Of a stretch of DNA of 22,072 nt, positions 1-9,513 are shown one piece after another. Source of the stretch: Candidatus Rifleibacteriota bacterium (GTDB lineage: Bacteria > Muiribacteriota > Ozemobacteria > Ozemobacterales > Ozemobacteraceae); assembly GCA_051747585.1 (NCBI GenBank), contig JBNJGH010000055.1, positions 1 to 22,072 of the forward strand, given 5' to 3'. Position 1 is the first letter of the stretch. Each line of letters begins with the position of its first letter. A program made the position numbers and the translations under genes. The notes under the pieces were generated by a model. That model worked only from the letters and a program-made list of their open reading frames with translations, did no database searches and was not told where the DNA came from.

Positions 1-1
1 G

Positions 2-1063
2 GTGGGCAATCTGATAGCGGACTCTATGAAAAAAGTAGGAAAAACCCAAATTGCCTTACAAAATTCAGGCGGAATAAAGGGCGAAATCCACGAAGGCCCG
101 GTCACCTTAAGAACTTTATACAACATTCTTCCTTTTGAAAATAATCTTGTAACTCTTTCATTGAAGGGCTGGGAACTGGAAAATCTAATTGAAGAAGGTC
201 TGGCAGGCAATGCCGGCTTCCTGCAATCTTCCGGCATCAGCTGCATCTACAGCAGCTCTAATCCACCAGGATTCCGAATTATTCAAATTGATATTAACAA
301 TACTCCGCTTGAATTTAACAAAACTTACAGCTTAACAGTTAATGATTTTATGGCTGAAAACGATAAAGACTGGCCAGAGCTTTACCACGCCGATGACAAA
401 AAGGTTCTGGGTTTAATGCGCGAAAATTTTGAAGATTATTTGCGAAATCAGGCATCTATAACTCCCAAGCTTGAAAAAAGGTTCAAAGATTTCGAAGAGC
501 TCGATGAAACCCTGCGAATTCAAGCACTGTCTTTTGAACTTGCGACTTTGCCTGAAAGCATTAAACATAACGGAGAATTAACTTCAGAATATGCCAGACT
601 ACTGGCAGAAGTGTGCCGCCTTGAAACTCAAAGCGATTTTGCTTTAATTCCTGCATCTCTTATTCTTCCAACCAGGGAGGAGCTTAAGGTTATTACTCCT
701 GCACGAGTTATATCAGATTTTGCAAGCAAAGAAGGAATAATAACCCTTAAATTGCCAGGCAAAATAATTGAAAAAATAATTAACGCCAGTATGGATTCGG
801 CTACAACTCCCATAGCCTTCTCAGGTTTCTCGGTAGAGAGACTGGAAGCCGGCGAAAACAAAATTATCGCATGGGACAGTAACTATAATCCAGATAACAT
901 TTATGAAGTAGCTCTTAACGAAAATTTTCCTTTATACAGCGAAGGCTATTACGATTTGAGAGCTTATAATCGACTTAAATATTCAAACGACATTCGCAGA
1001 AGTTTTATTAACGGCCTTAGACGTAGAAACGGGCAGGTAAAGATAAAACGTGCAATTTACTGA
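2..1063 (+). CDS. 5'-nucleotidase/metallophosphoesterase family protein, 3' part only (5'-nucleotidase C-terminal domain plus an apparent second degenerate copy); 5'-truncated by the window
   Basis: ORF is open from the window edge. GNLIADSM...IALQNSGGIKGEI..GPVTLRTLYNILPFENNLVTLSLKG and Y.LTVNDFMA match the UshA-type C-terminal substrate-binding domain. Confidence 0.8.
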   Translation: MGNLIADSMKKVGKTQIALQNSGGIKGEIHEGPVTLRTLYNILPFENNLVTLSLKGWELENLIEEGLAGNAGFLQSSGISCIYSSSNPPGFRIIQIDINNTPLEFNKTYSLTVNDFMAENDKDWPELYHADDKKVLGLMRENFEDYLRNQASITPKLEKRFKDFEELDETLRIQALSFELATLPESIKHNGELTSEYARLLAEVCRLETQSDFALIPASLILPTREELKVITPARVISDFASKEGIITLKLPGKIIEKIINASMDSATTPIAFSGFSVERLEAGENKIIAWDSNYNPDNIYEVALNENFPLYSEGYYDLRAYNRLKYSNDIRRSFINGLRRRNGQVKIKRAIY

Positions 1064-3107
1064 CCTTATCAGCAGCCGAAAACTTAAGTTTAAAATATTA
1101 CTGGCTTTTTCAGTAATTCTTATAATTCCACTGGGAATACTGCTTGCCCTTTCATTAAATAAAACCGGCCGGGTTGCACAAAAAGATTTTAACATGCGTA
1201 TTGGTTATGCTTTAAATCTTTTTCGCAAAGCCCTTGAAGACAAATTAGACACTCTTAAAATCAAAACAAAAAAAGTTGCCGATTTCGAATTTTATTCAGC
1301 AGCAACCCGCAATTTTCCTGCTTCCCAAACCCGCAATCTTATTGAAAGTCAGCTGATAAAAGCCGACTTAGATTATATTGCATTGATTAAAAATAAAAAA
1401 AACACTGAATTTTCTGCAGGAACCCCGCCGCAAACATCTCTGGGAAACATCGTTCCGGCAATGTGTCACACCCCGCTTAATGTAAATCTATATGTAATCA
1501 ATAATGAAGCCTGGGTATTCTCTTCAGCAAAAATAACCAAATTAAAGGAAAAAGCAGATTGGAGTGTTTTATTTGCCCAACGGCTTCCCCGCAATTTTGC
1601 TGACAATTTAAAAATGCTTACCGGTGCTGAATTCTCTCTTATATTTGCAGGAAAACGAATTATTACCTCTCAAATGGATCTGTATGGTAAAAGAAGAAAC
1701 TTAACTACTCCCCAAAATCCCGACCTTTCAAGAGGCAGAACTAAATTAATGGGGGAATCTTATTATTTTGTCAGAGATCGCGCCCTGCCCGGCATAATTT
1801 CTAATTCCATAAGACTTGAGATTGCGTTGCCCGACTCAGAATATAATCGTTTAGGGCAATCAATAAAAAATGACTTTCTGGTATTTGGAATTCTAGGGCT
1901 AATACTTGCTCTCGTTACCGGTACTGTTCTGGCCTGGCATATTGCTTACCCCATCAACCATCTTGCAGGAACTACCTCTAAAATTGCCGAAGGGCAGCTT
2001 CCAATTGATTTCGACCTATCTAGAAAAGATGAAATAGGTATTCTATGCTCTAATTTTCATGAAATGGTGCAAAACTTAAAAGAAGAAAAAGACCTTAAAG
2101 AAAGGCGAATGAAAGAGCTTAATACTCTATTCGAAATCAGCAGTGCGGTTAACCTTTTTGTTGATTCAGAAGAGCTGCTCAAATTTGTTTTAACTCATTC
2201 AATTGATGTTCTCGAGGCAGAACGAGGTTCAATAATGCTACTTGATGATCAAACCGATGAGCTTGTAGTTAAAGTGGCTTCTGGGGGCCGCTTTCGCATT
2301 GCTTCGGGAACTCCGGTAAAACTTGGGCATGGTGTTTGCGGTCTCGTAGCTAAAGACGGTCTTGGCAGAATCTGCAATGATGGCTTTAAAAATCCTCAAT
2401 TCCGAAATTTTGGCAGTATTTTACCGGTGCAAGATATAAAAAGTTTACTATGCTGCCCTTTAAGATTTAAAGAAGGCACAATTGGCGTAATAAACATAGT
2501 TAACAAAAGAAACAAACAGCAGTTTAACGATTCCGACCTTTCATTATTGAATCTTATTGCATCGCAGGCCGCCGTTACCATCGAAAATAACAAGCTATAC
2601 GAACTTTCAATTACCGATGGTCTTACCAGGCTATTTGTTCACAGGTATTTTCAGGCCAGGCTTTCAGAGGAACTTTTGAGGGCAAGGCGTTATGGTTTGA
2701 CTCTCAGCCTTATAATGCTGGATATAGATGACTTTAAAAATTTCAATGATACATACGGTCATCAGATTGGTGATAAAGTTCTGAAAAAGGTTTCAAACAC
2801 AATAAAAGATACGATCAGAACCGGCGTAGATATTCCCTGTCGTTACGGCGGCGAAGAAATGTCGGTTATTTTACCTGAAACCAGAGCCGACGAAGCCCTG
2901 CAAACTGCCGAAAGAATACGTGAAAATATTGCCGCAATAAGAATCAATCATCCCAGCGGTGTGTTAAACATAACTACCAGCATAGGTATCGCTTCATATC
3001 CCAATGACGCACATGATCAACAATCTCTGATCACAAATGCCGATAAAGCTCTTTATGAAAGCAAAGCAGGTGGCAAAAACTGCTCAACCCTGGCATCAGA
3101 TATTTAA
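1050..3107 (+). CDS. Membrane sensor diguanylate cyclase (TM, Cache-like extracytoplasmic domain, TM, HAMP, GAF, GGDEF)
   Basis: Two TM helices. HAMP signature P...LAG..SKIAEG...RKDEIGIL..NF.EM. GAF (ERGSIMLLD...SLLCCPL..KEGTIGVINI). SITDGLTRLF, MLDIDDFKNFNDTYGHQIGD, RYGGEEM, ADKALYESKAGGKN. The GTG start overlaps the upstream CDS by 14 nt. Confidence 0.93.
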   Translation: MQFTDLISSRKLKFKILLAFSVILIIPLGILLALSLNKTGRVAQKDFNMRIGYALNLFRKALEDKLDTLKIKTKKVADFEFYSAATRNFPASQTRNLIESQLIKADLDYIALIKNKKNTEFSAGTPPQTSLGNIVPAMCHTPLNVNLYVINNEAWVFSSAKITKLKEKADWSVLFAQRLPRNFADNLKMLTGAEFSLIFAGKRIITSQMDLYGKRRNLTTPQNPDLSRGRTKLMGESYYFVRDRALPGIISNSIRLEIALPDSEYNRLGQSIKNDFLVFGILGLILALVTGTVLAWHIAYPINHLAGTTSKIAEGQLPIDFDLSRKDEIGILCSNFHEMVQNLKEEKDLKERRMKELNTLFEISSAVNLFVDSEELLKFVLTHSIDVLEAERGSIMLLDDQTDELVVKVASGGRFRIASGTPVKLGHGVCGLVAKDGLGRICNDGFKNPQFRNFGSILPVQDIKSLLCCPLRFKEGTIGVINIVNKRNKQQFNDSDLSLLNLIASQAAVTIENNKLYELSITDGLTRLFVHRYFQARLSEELLRARRYGLTLSLIMLDIDDFKNFNDTYGHQIGDKVLKKVSNTIKDTIRTGVDIPCRYGGEEMSVILPETRADEALQTAERIRENIAAIRINHPSGVLNITTSIGIASYPNDAHDQQSLITNADKALYESKAGGKNCSTLASDI

Positions 3108-3128
3108 CAAAACAAGGTATTCACACTT

Positions 3129-4058
3129 ATGTTAATTAAACTTTCCCCATTTTTTGTAGCACTTTGCGGCATTCTAAGAAGCACGGATTTATTTTTTAGG
3201 ACTCCTGTTGTAGCAAGTTTACCCGTATTAACCATAATAACCTGGGAGCATCTGATAAACTTGATTGTGGTATTACCAATCATTATTAAAAATTTTAAAC
3301 AATATGCTTTTTTTAATCGCCGCGATCTGGTTTTATTTTTACTGGTAGGCTGCGGAGCTTCGGCATTAGGAATCTTGTGCTTTACCCGCGCATTTATCTA
3401 CATAAATCCCGCTCTGGCTGTCTTGTTGCAAAAACTTCAGCCAATAATCACCTTGAGTCTTGGAGTCATTGTTCTTAAAGAAAAAATTGGTCGACATTTT
3501 TTTGTCTGGGCTCTTATTGCTATAATTTCTTCTTATTTTGTTTCTTTTGGCCTGACAAATCCCCTCAGCGGCGAAGGCAAAACTATTGCAATCGGGGCTT
3601 CATTTGCCATTCTTGCCTCATTTTTCTGGGGAAGCGGCACCATCTGGGGGAAAATTCTTTTAGAAAAATTCAGCCAGACTTTTGTTATGTCCAATCGTTT
3701 TTTATTTGGTGCTGTTTTTACTCTTGCAGCCGCTTATCTATTCGGCGAGGGGCTGCAAAGCAAGGTTGTTTTCAATAATGAGAACCCTCTTATTGGAAGC
3801 CTGCTTTACATGGCGATTGTTTCGGGTTTTATTGCCACCAGCTTTTTTTACGCCGGCTTAAAATGGGTTCCGGCCTCAATGGCTTCAATTCTGGAATTAT
3901 TTTTCCCCGTATCTTCGGTAGTTATAATGTGGATAGGCTTTGACCGCCCCATTACATTAATTCAGATTATTGCCGGAATTATTATGTTCATTGCAGTTTA
4001 CAAAATAAACAGATACAATCCGGTAAAAAAAGAGGAAGTAAATGCTGCTGCTCCTTGA
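3129..4058 (+). CDS. EamA/DMT family drug/metabolite transporter
   Basis: 309 aa, about 10 hydrophobic helices in two repeats; LAVLLQKLQPIIT..LG.IVLKEKI and ASMASILELFFPV motifs. Confidence 0.88.
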   Translation: MLIKLSPFFVALCGILRSTDLFFRTPVVASLPVLTIITWEHLINLIVVLPIIIKNFKQYAFFNRRDLVLFLLVGCGASALGILCFTRAFIYINPALAVLLQKLQPIITLSLGVIVLKEKIGRHFFVWALIAIISSYFVSFGLTNPLSGEGKTIAIGASFAILASFFWGSGTIWGKILLEKFSQTFVMSNRFLFGAVFTLAAAYLFGEGLQSKVVFNNENPLIGSLLYMAIVSGFIATSFFYAGLKWVPASMASILELFFPVSSVVIMWIGFDRPITLIQIIAGIIMFIAVYKINRYNPVKKEEVNAAAP

Positions 4059-4081
4059 CCATAGCTGACGACAAACCGTTA

Positions 4082-4438
4082 TCAGTTGCTGACTTCGGGT
4101 TCGCCATCTTCAGCTTTGAGTAACATTTGGTAGAGCTGATATTTTTTCTGATAATTGGCCAGAGCTTGAAGCGTTTCAAGAGTCTGAGGACCGCTCTCTT
4201 TTAAAAGTCTGACATAGTCATCATAGGCCGCAAGATATTCTTTTTGAGCAACCTCGAGCGGAGAAATCTTAACATTTTCGCGCTTTTCTTTGCGGGCAAC
4301 AGTTGAAGCCTTTGCGGGTGCAGATGCTGCCAGAGAACCAGTTGTAGATTTTGCTTCTTCAAGGTTTTCAGGTGGATGATTCTGGTTGTTACAGCCAACA
4401 ATTAAAACCAGAGATAATATAAAAAAAATTCTCCGCAT
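4082..4438 (-). CDS. Hypothetical lipoprotein
   Basis: Signal peptide MRRIFFILSLVLIVG-C with lipobox, an Ala/Ser/Lys-rich linker and a helical C-terminus. Confidence 0.7.
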   Translation of the reverse strand: MRRIFFILSLVLIVGCNNQNHPPENLEEAKSTTGSLAASAPAKASTVARKEKRENVKISPLEVAQKEYLAAYDDYVRLLKESGPQTLETLQALANYQKKYQLYQMLLKAEDGEPEVSN

Positions 4439-4508
4439 CTTTTTACCCTTTTTGAATTATATTCCTAAATTTTTTGGCTGTCAAGGAAACGAAAACAAGT
4501 TAAAAAAC

Positions 4509-4538
4509 TTGAAATCAGTATACATATTATATTATTAT
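4509..4538 (+). promoter_or_regulatory. Possible sigma70-type promoter for the amidohydrolase pair
   Basis: TTGAAA (4509-4514), 18-nt spacer, TATTAT (4533-4538). The AT-rich context makes a chance match possible. Confidence 0.35.
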
Positions 4539-4629
4539 ATTGCGCTTAAGAGGTTAAGGGGTTTACTAAAATCTCTTTTCATTAAAGCAAGAAGAAAAGC
4601 CAATTTGTAGCCCAGGAAAGGGGAACTTT

Positions 4630-5802
4630 ATGAAAACCGTTCTCGAAAAAGGTACTATTTTTTATCAGGGAAAATTTCAAAAACTCGACAAGCTAGTAAT
4701 AGAAAAAGGTAAGATCTCTGAAATTACTCTTGCATCAACAAAAGCCAAAAAAAGCAAATCTTCTTCCAAGAAAAAGAGCGACAGCTCTGGAAAAGCGATA
4801 AATTGTGCTGATAAATTTATTATGCCCGGTTTTATCGACGCCCACACCCACATCAGCCTTGCAGAAGAAGGTGTGGGTCACTATGATGCAGACTTCAATG
4901 AATCGTTTGGCCTGGCTACCCCGCAAGTAAGAGCCTTTGATGCCCTGAAAATGCGCGACCAGGGCTTCAAAGATGCCATCAGCGGAGGCATTACTACCTG
5001 CATGATAACACCCGGGTCTGCTAATCCTATTGGGGGACAATGCTGCATTGTCAAAATGGTTGGTAACGTGGCTGAAGATGCAGTTATCAGAGAAAGCTGC
5101 GGAATGAAGTTCGCTTTTGGCGAAAATCCTAAAAACTGCTACGGTGAACAGAAAAAATTCCCCTCGACCAGGATGGGAACTGCTGCAGTAATCAGAGAAT
5201 GGCTCATGAAGGCCCAGGATTACCAGAAACGCAGAAAAAACAAAGATTTTAAAGAACGCGATATTAAACTTGAAGCTCTTTTGCCATTAATCGAAGGTAA
5301 AATTCAGGCAAGGGCCCATGCTCATCAGGCTGATGATATAATTACCGCCTATCGTATTGCTCAAGAATTTAACCTCGATATGATTTTCGAGCATTGTACC
5401 GAAGGTCACCTTATTGCAAAAGAACTTGGACGCTGGAAAGCAAGAGCTGTGGTTGGCCCAACTTTTTCTACTCGGACCAAGCCTGAGTTAAAGCACAAAA
5501 CATTTGAAACCGCCGGTGTTCTTATGGATGAGGGTTGTACCGTTGCAATAACTACTGATCATCCGGTAATACCAATAGAAGGTCTTAATGTAGCTGCATC
5601 AATGTGTGTCAAGCATGGGCTTGCAGAAGAAAAAGCAATTAAAGCTATTTCTGAAAATCCTGCAATTATACTCGGCCTGGATAAGCGACTTGGTAAACTT
5701 GAAGTTGGTTTTGACGCAGACGTGGTTGTCTGGAATGGCCACCCACTCGATTCCAGATCCAATACAGATACTGTATACATCGATGGTAACAAGGTGCTTT
5801 AA
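4630..5802 (+). CDS. Amidohydrolase superfamily metal-dependent hydrolase, intact binuclear site
   Basis: MPGFIDAHTH (H72/H74), GMKFAFGENPK (K160), HAHQADD (H230), EHCTEG (H255), TTDHP (D310), NPA.ILG...G.LEVG.DAD. Purine-rich RBS (AAAGGGGAA) upstream. Confidence 0.92.
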   Translation: MKTVLEKGTIFYQGKFQKLDKLVIEKGKISEITLASTKAKKSKSSSKKKSDSSGKAINCADKFIMPGFIDAHTHISLAEEGVGHYDADFNESFGLATPQVRAFDALKMRDQGFKDAISGGITTCMITPGSANPIGGQCCIVKMVGNVAEDAVIRESCGMKFAFGENPKNCYGEQKKFPSTRMGTAAVIREWLMKAQDYQKRRKNKDFKERDIKLEALLPLIEGKIQARAHAHQADDIITAYRIAQEFNLDMIFEHCTEGHLIAKELGRWKARAVVGPTFSTRTKPELKHKTFETAGVLMDEGCTVAITTDHPVIPIEGLNVAASMCVKHGLAEEKAIKAISENPAIILGLDKRLGKLEVGFDADVVVWNGHPLDSRSNTDTVYIDGNKVL

Positions 5803-6963
5803 ATGTCAATTATTTTTAATAACGTCCGGATTTTTATGAGCGGTGCCTTTTTTCCGGGCCAGAAAGTTCTGGTTGAAAAGGGAAAAATTACTTCGGTCAG
5901 CTCAAGAATTCATAAAAACGTTGAGAAGGTTATTGAGTGTAATCAGAAATACCTGATGCCTGGTCTAATCGACGCTCACAGCCATCTTGGACTTTTTGAA
6001 AACGGAGTTGCCGCTAACGATACCAAAGAAAAAGCTAATGAAACAACGCCTCATTTAAGACCCCTGGATGGCATAAAAATGCGAGATAAGGGTCTTGAAG
6101 ACGCCAGACGCGCCGGCATTTCTACCTGTATGGTTTGTCCGGCCTCTGAACTGCCTATTTCAGGCATCTGTTCGATACTTAAAACCAATGGAAATTCTGC
6201 AGATGTTGGTCTGATTGTCGAACAGGCAGGAATTCTAATGACTTTCGGCCAAAAGCCAAAAAATAATGCCAGAGAATTCAAAAAGCCATCTTCAACCAGA
6301 ATGGGAATGTCTGCCCTTGTCAGAGAAACTATGATGAAAGCCCAGGATTATCTTGCAGCCAGGCAGAGCAAAAAAGTTTCCAAGGATCGAGAAATCGACA
6401 TGGAAGCCTTAATGCCGCTGATAAAGGGCGAAGTTCCAATTAGAGCTTGTGCCCATAAGGCTGAAGACATCATGACTGCTATCAGAATTGCTGAAGAATT
6501 TGAACTGAAGATGGTTGTTGAATATGGCACCGAAGCACATCTGATTGCCGATAAGCTTGCAGAAAAAGAGATACCGGTAGTTTTAGGTCCCTCTCTTATG
6601 CCTCGATTTCGACATGAGATGAATGAAAAAACCTTTGAAAGTGCCAGAGTTCTTATGGATGCAGGAGTAAAGGTTGCTTTAACTTGCGATTATCCCGGCT
6701 TGCCGATTGAAACTTTGAGAGTTGCCGCAGCAATGGCTGTTCAACATGGTCTCGACGAAAAAAGAGCTTTACAAGCTATCACTGAAACCCCTGCCGAAAT
6801 TCTTAATGTCGACGAAAGAATCGGTAAAATAAAAAGAGGTTACGACGGTGACCTTGCTTTGTTTTCCGGTCATCCGCTTGACATAAGATCCAAACTTGAA
6901 GCTTTGGTAATAGATGGCGATCTTTTTGTCTTCGAAGACAATCTTGAAATAGATTCAGCCTGA
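5803..6963 (+). CDS. Amidohydrolase paralog with degenerate metal site
   Basis: Colinear with the upstream gene: MPGLIDAHSH, PSSTRMG, TCDYP, IGKIKRGYDGD. Its ATG directly abuts the upstream TAA. Confidence 0.88.
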   Translation: MSIIFNNVRIFMSGAFFPGQKVLVEKGKITSVSSRIHKNVEKVIECNQKYLMPGLIDAHSHLGLFENGVAANDTKEKANETTPHLRPLDGIKMRDKGLEDARRAGISTCMVCPASELPISGICSILKTNGNSADVGLIVEQAGILMTFGQKPKNNAREFKKPSSTRMGMSALVRETMMKAQDYLAARQSKKVSKDREIDMEALMPLIKGEVPIRACAHKAEDIMTAIRIAEEFELKMVVEYGTEAHLIADKLAEKEIPVVLGPSLMPRFRHEMNEKTFESARVLMDAGVKVALTCDYPGLPIETLRVAAAMAVQHGLDEKRALQAITETPAEILNVDERIGKIKRGYDGDLALFSGHPLDIRSKLEALVIDGDLFVFEDNLEIDSA

Positions 6964-6973
6964 TAAATATAAC

Positions 6974-7005
6974 AAAAAAAAAAGCGCCTTCTCGGCGCTT
7001 TTTTT
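6974..7005. terminator. Bidirectional Rho-independent terminator
   Basis: A10, GCGCC, loop TTCTC, GGCGC, T7, starting 10 nt after the amidohydrolase stop. Confidence 0.88.
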
Positions 7006-7222
7006 ATTTTAAAACAAACTTAACTTTGATTCTTTCACCGTTTTTCAATCTAAAAAGATTGCGATGAGGAAAAAAAACAATTTTGCGTATTGTTTTCTTC
7101 CCGCCAGTTATGCAAGCGACTTTGGTTGCTTGGCGCAAGGCCTTTTTGTTATAATCCTGTTCATCCAGGAACTTTTTAATAAAACTTTTTTTGTTAAAAC
7201 TGCTGAACCGAACCCTCTTCAT
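7004..7222 (-). CDS. Possible small basic hypothetical protein (72 aa)
   Basis: ATG-initiated ORF filling the intergenic gap and ending at the bidirectional terminator. No clear RBS and no recognised domain. Confidence 0.4.
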   Translation of the reverse strand: MKRVRFSSFNKKSFIKKFLDEQDYNKKALRQATKVACITGGKKTIRKIVFFPHRNLFRLKNGERIKVKFVLK

Positions 7223-7323
7223 AATAAGTTCAAAATATCATGATTATTCAAAATTTATCAATATATGTTTTAGATTAAAATTTATGCTATCCTCTTTCAG
7301 AACAATATAAAGGAAATTTCAAG

Positions 7324-8757
7324 ATGACAGATTTAAAGGTTTCCAGCGAAAATCGCATTTTTGTAAATAGAACTCTTAATATGAATTCCATATCGTTAAT
7401 TGGCTTCGATATGGATTATACTCTGGCAACCTATGATGTTCCAGCCTTTGAAGCAAAAGCTTATCAGATTGTACAAGAAAAGTTGGTCAATGAGTTTGGC
7501 TACCCCGAAGCCATAAAATCACTACGTTTCGACAAAGATTTTATTATTCGTGGCCTGGTTATTGATACAGAAACCGGTAATTTTTTAAAGGTCAATCGTT
7601 ATGGCTATGTAAGACAGGCCTCTCACGGCACCAGATTTTTTACTTTTGAAGAGCAAAAAGAAATCTTTGGGACAATGTGTATCGACCTTACAGATCCGCG
7701 TTATTATATTATACATACTCTTTTCAGCCTTGCAGAAGGCGGATTATACGCTCAGTTAATTGATTTTTTCGAAGCAAGAAAAGAAAGCATCAATTTTCGA
7801 CAACTGTTCAAAGATGTAAGAAAATCGTTAAACGATTCACACCAGGAAGACGAGCTGAAAGGCGACGTAGTAAAAAATCCTGAAAAATTCCTTATTCAAG
7901 ATGAACGAATTGTAAAAGCTCTGCTGAAATTAAAAAAATTCGACAAGAAACTCGCTTTAATTACCAATTCTGACTATCTTTACAGCAGAAAAGTTATGGA
8001 ATACTGCTTTGAGCCTTTTCTTGACTGTCCCTGGCAGGATATTTTTGATTTAATTATAGTTGCTGCCGGCAAACCCGATTTCTTTTTACAGCGCCCCAAA
8101 TTTTTAAAAGTAGACCGTGAAACCGGACTTTTATCGAATTTTTACGGCAAAATTGAATGGAATGGTATTTACCAGGGCGGGAACGCATCCATACTCGAAA
8201 AACATTTAAAACTGAATCCCCAGGAAATTCTTTATTTGGGCGATCATATTCTTGGCGATGTAGTAACCCTCAAAGAAAGCATTGGCTGGCGCACAGGCCT
8301 TGTCGTTCAAGAGCTTGCTGGGGAAGTTCCAGTTCTTGAAGCAACTAAAGAAGTTCACAAACAAATTGCCGATAAAATGCATTTAAAAGAACAGCTCGAA
8401 GACGAATCTCTTATTTGCCGCGAGAATCTGTTTTTGCGACAAGGAGACTATAACGAAAACAAAGCCAAAAATGACTCATTAAAAGAACAGTTGATGAGCC
8501 TTGATGTTGAAATCAGAGAACTAATTTTTGCCAGTCAGAAAGACTTTAATAAATATTGGGGTGAAATAATGAGGGCCGGCAACGAAATATCAAGATTTGC
8601 CACCCTTGTTGAAAGGTATGCCTGTATTTACACAGCCGGCATAGCCAATCTTTTTTATTATTCTCCGTTTAAATATTTCCGATCTCAACGCCGATTTCTG
8701 GCGCATGATCCGTTCCCTGAAGTGTTCAGTATGCCTAAAACAGGAGGAAAAAAATGA
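7324..8757 (+). CDS. HAD-superfamily subfamily IG 5'-nucleotidase (cytosolic cN-II-like, IMP/GMP type)
   Basis: IFVNRTLNM...[10 protein letters not shown] (motif I), LITNS (II), KP.FF (III), [10 protein letters not shown] (IV), [25 protein letters not shown]. Confidence 0.92.
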   Translation: MTDLKVSSENRIFVNRTLNMNSISLIGFDMDYTLATYDVPAFEAKAYQIVQEKLVNEFGYPEAIKSLRFDKDFIIRGLVIDTETGNFLKVNRYGYVRQASHGTRFFTFEEQKEIFGTMCIDLTDPRYYIIHTLFSLAEGGLYAQLIDFFEARKESINFRQLFKDVRKSLNDSHQEDELKGDVVKNPEKFLIQDERIVKALLKLKKFDKKLALITNSDYLYSRKVMEYCFEPFLDCPWQDIFDLIIVAAGKPDFFLQRPKFLKVDRETGLLSNFYGKIEWNGIYQGGNASILEKHLKLNPQEILYLGDHILGDVVTLKESIGWRTGLVVQELAGEVPVLEATKEVHKQIADKMHLKEQLEDESLICRENLFLRQGDYNENKAKNDSLKEQLMSLDVEIRELIFASQKDFNKYWGEIMRAGNEISRFATLVERYACIYTAGIANLFYYSPFKYFRSQRRFLAHDPFPEVFSMPKTGGKK

Positions 8758-9503
8758 TTAAACTCGTATTATTACGTCATGGCCAGAGCCAATGGAATCT
8801 TGAAAATCGTTTTACCGGTTGGACCGATGTTCCCCTTTCCGAAAAAGGTATAATAGAAGCCAGAGAGGCCGGAAAAAGGCTAAAAAAAGCCGACTTTGTT
8901 TTTGATATTGCCTATACATCTGTTTTAAAAAGGGCAATTAAAACCTTATGGCTTTCACTTGAAGAGCTTGATCAAATGTATGTTCCTGTGGTTAAAAACT
9001 GGCGACTGAACGAAAGACATTATGGAGCGCTACAAGGGCTGAATAAAAATGAAACCGCCAGAAAGCATGGAGACGAACAGGTTCATATTTGGCGAAGATC
9101 CTACGATACGCCTCCGCCACCTCTTAAAAAAGATGACCCAAGAAATCCCAACAACGAAATGAAATATTCAGACCTTAGCAAAAATGAAATTCCTTTGTGT
9201 GAATCTCTTGAAGATACAGTCAATAGATTTCTCCCCTATTGGAAAGAACAAATAAAGCCAATGATAAAAACAGGAGCCAGAGTACTTATTTCTGCTCATG
9301 GCAACAGTCTAAGAGCCCTGGTTAAACATCTTGATCGAATTTCTGACAAAGAGATTTCCCAACTCAATATTCCTACCGGAATTCCTCTGGTCTATGAACT
9401 GGATGAAACAACCCTCACTCCTGTAAATCATTACTACCTGGGAGAAGAGAGCAAATTAAAAGAAGAAATGGAAAAAGTTGCCCGGCAGGGAAGTTCAAAG
9501 TAA
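8754..9503 (+). CDS. gpmA: 2,3-bisphosphoglycerate-dependent phosphoglycerate mutase
   Basis: [71 protein letters not shown] at 8742-8747. Confidence 0.97.
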   Translation: MIKLVLLRHGQSQWNLENRFTGWTDVPLSEKGIIEAREAGKRLKKADFVFDIAYTSVLKRAIKTLWLSLEELDQMYVPVVKNWRLNERHYGALQGLNKNETARKHGDEQVHIWRRSYDTPPPPLKKDDPRNPNNEMKYSDLSKNEIPLCESLEDTVNRFLPYWKEQIKPMIKTGARVLISAHGNSLRALVKHLDRISDKEISQLNIPTGIPLVYELDETTLTPVNHYYLGEESKLKEEMEKVARQGSSK

Positions 9504-9513
9504 AGAGGTTTAT

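Noticed and set aside
4386..4610. 74-aa plus-strand ORF
   Set aside because: TTG start, overlaps the lipoprotein head-to-head and spans the divergent AT-rich promoter region.
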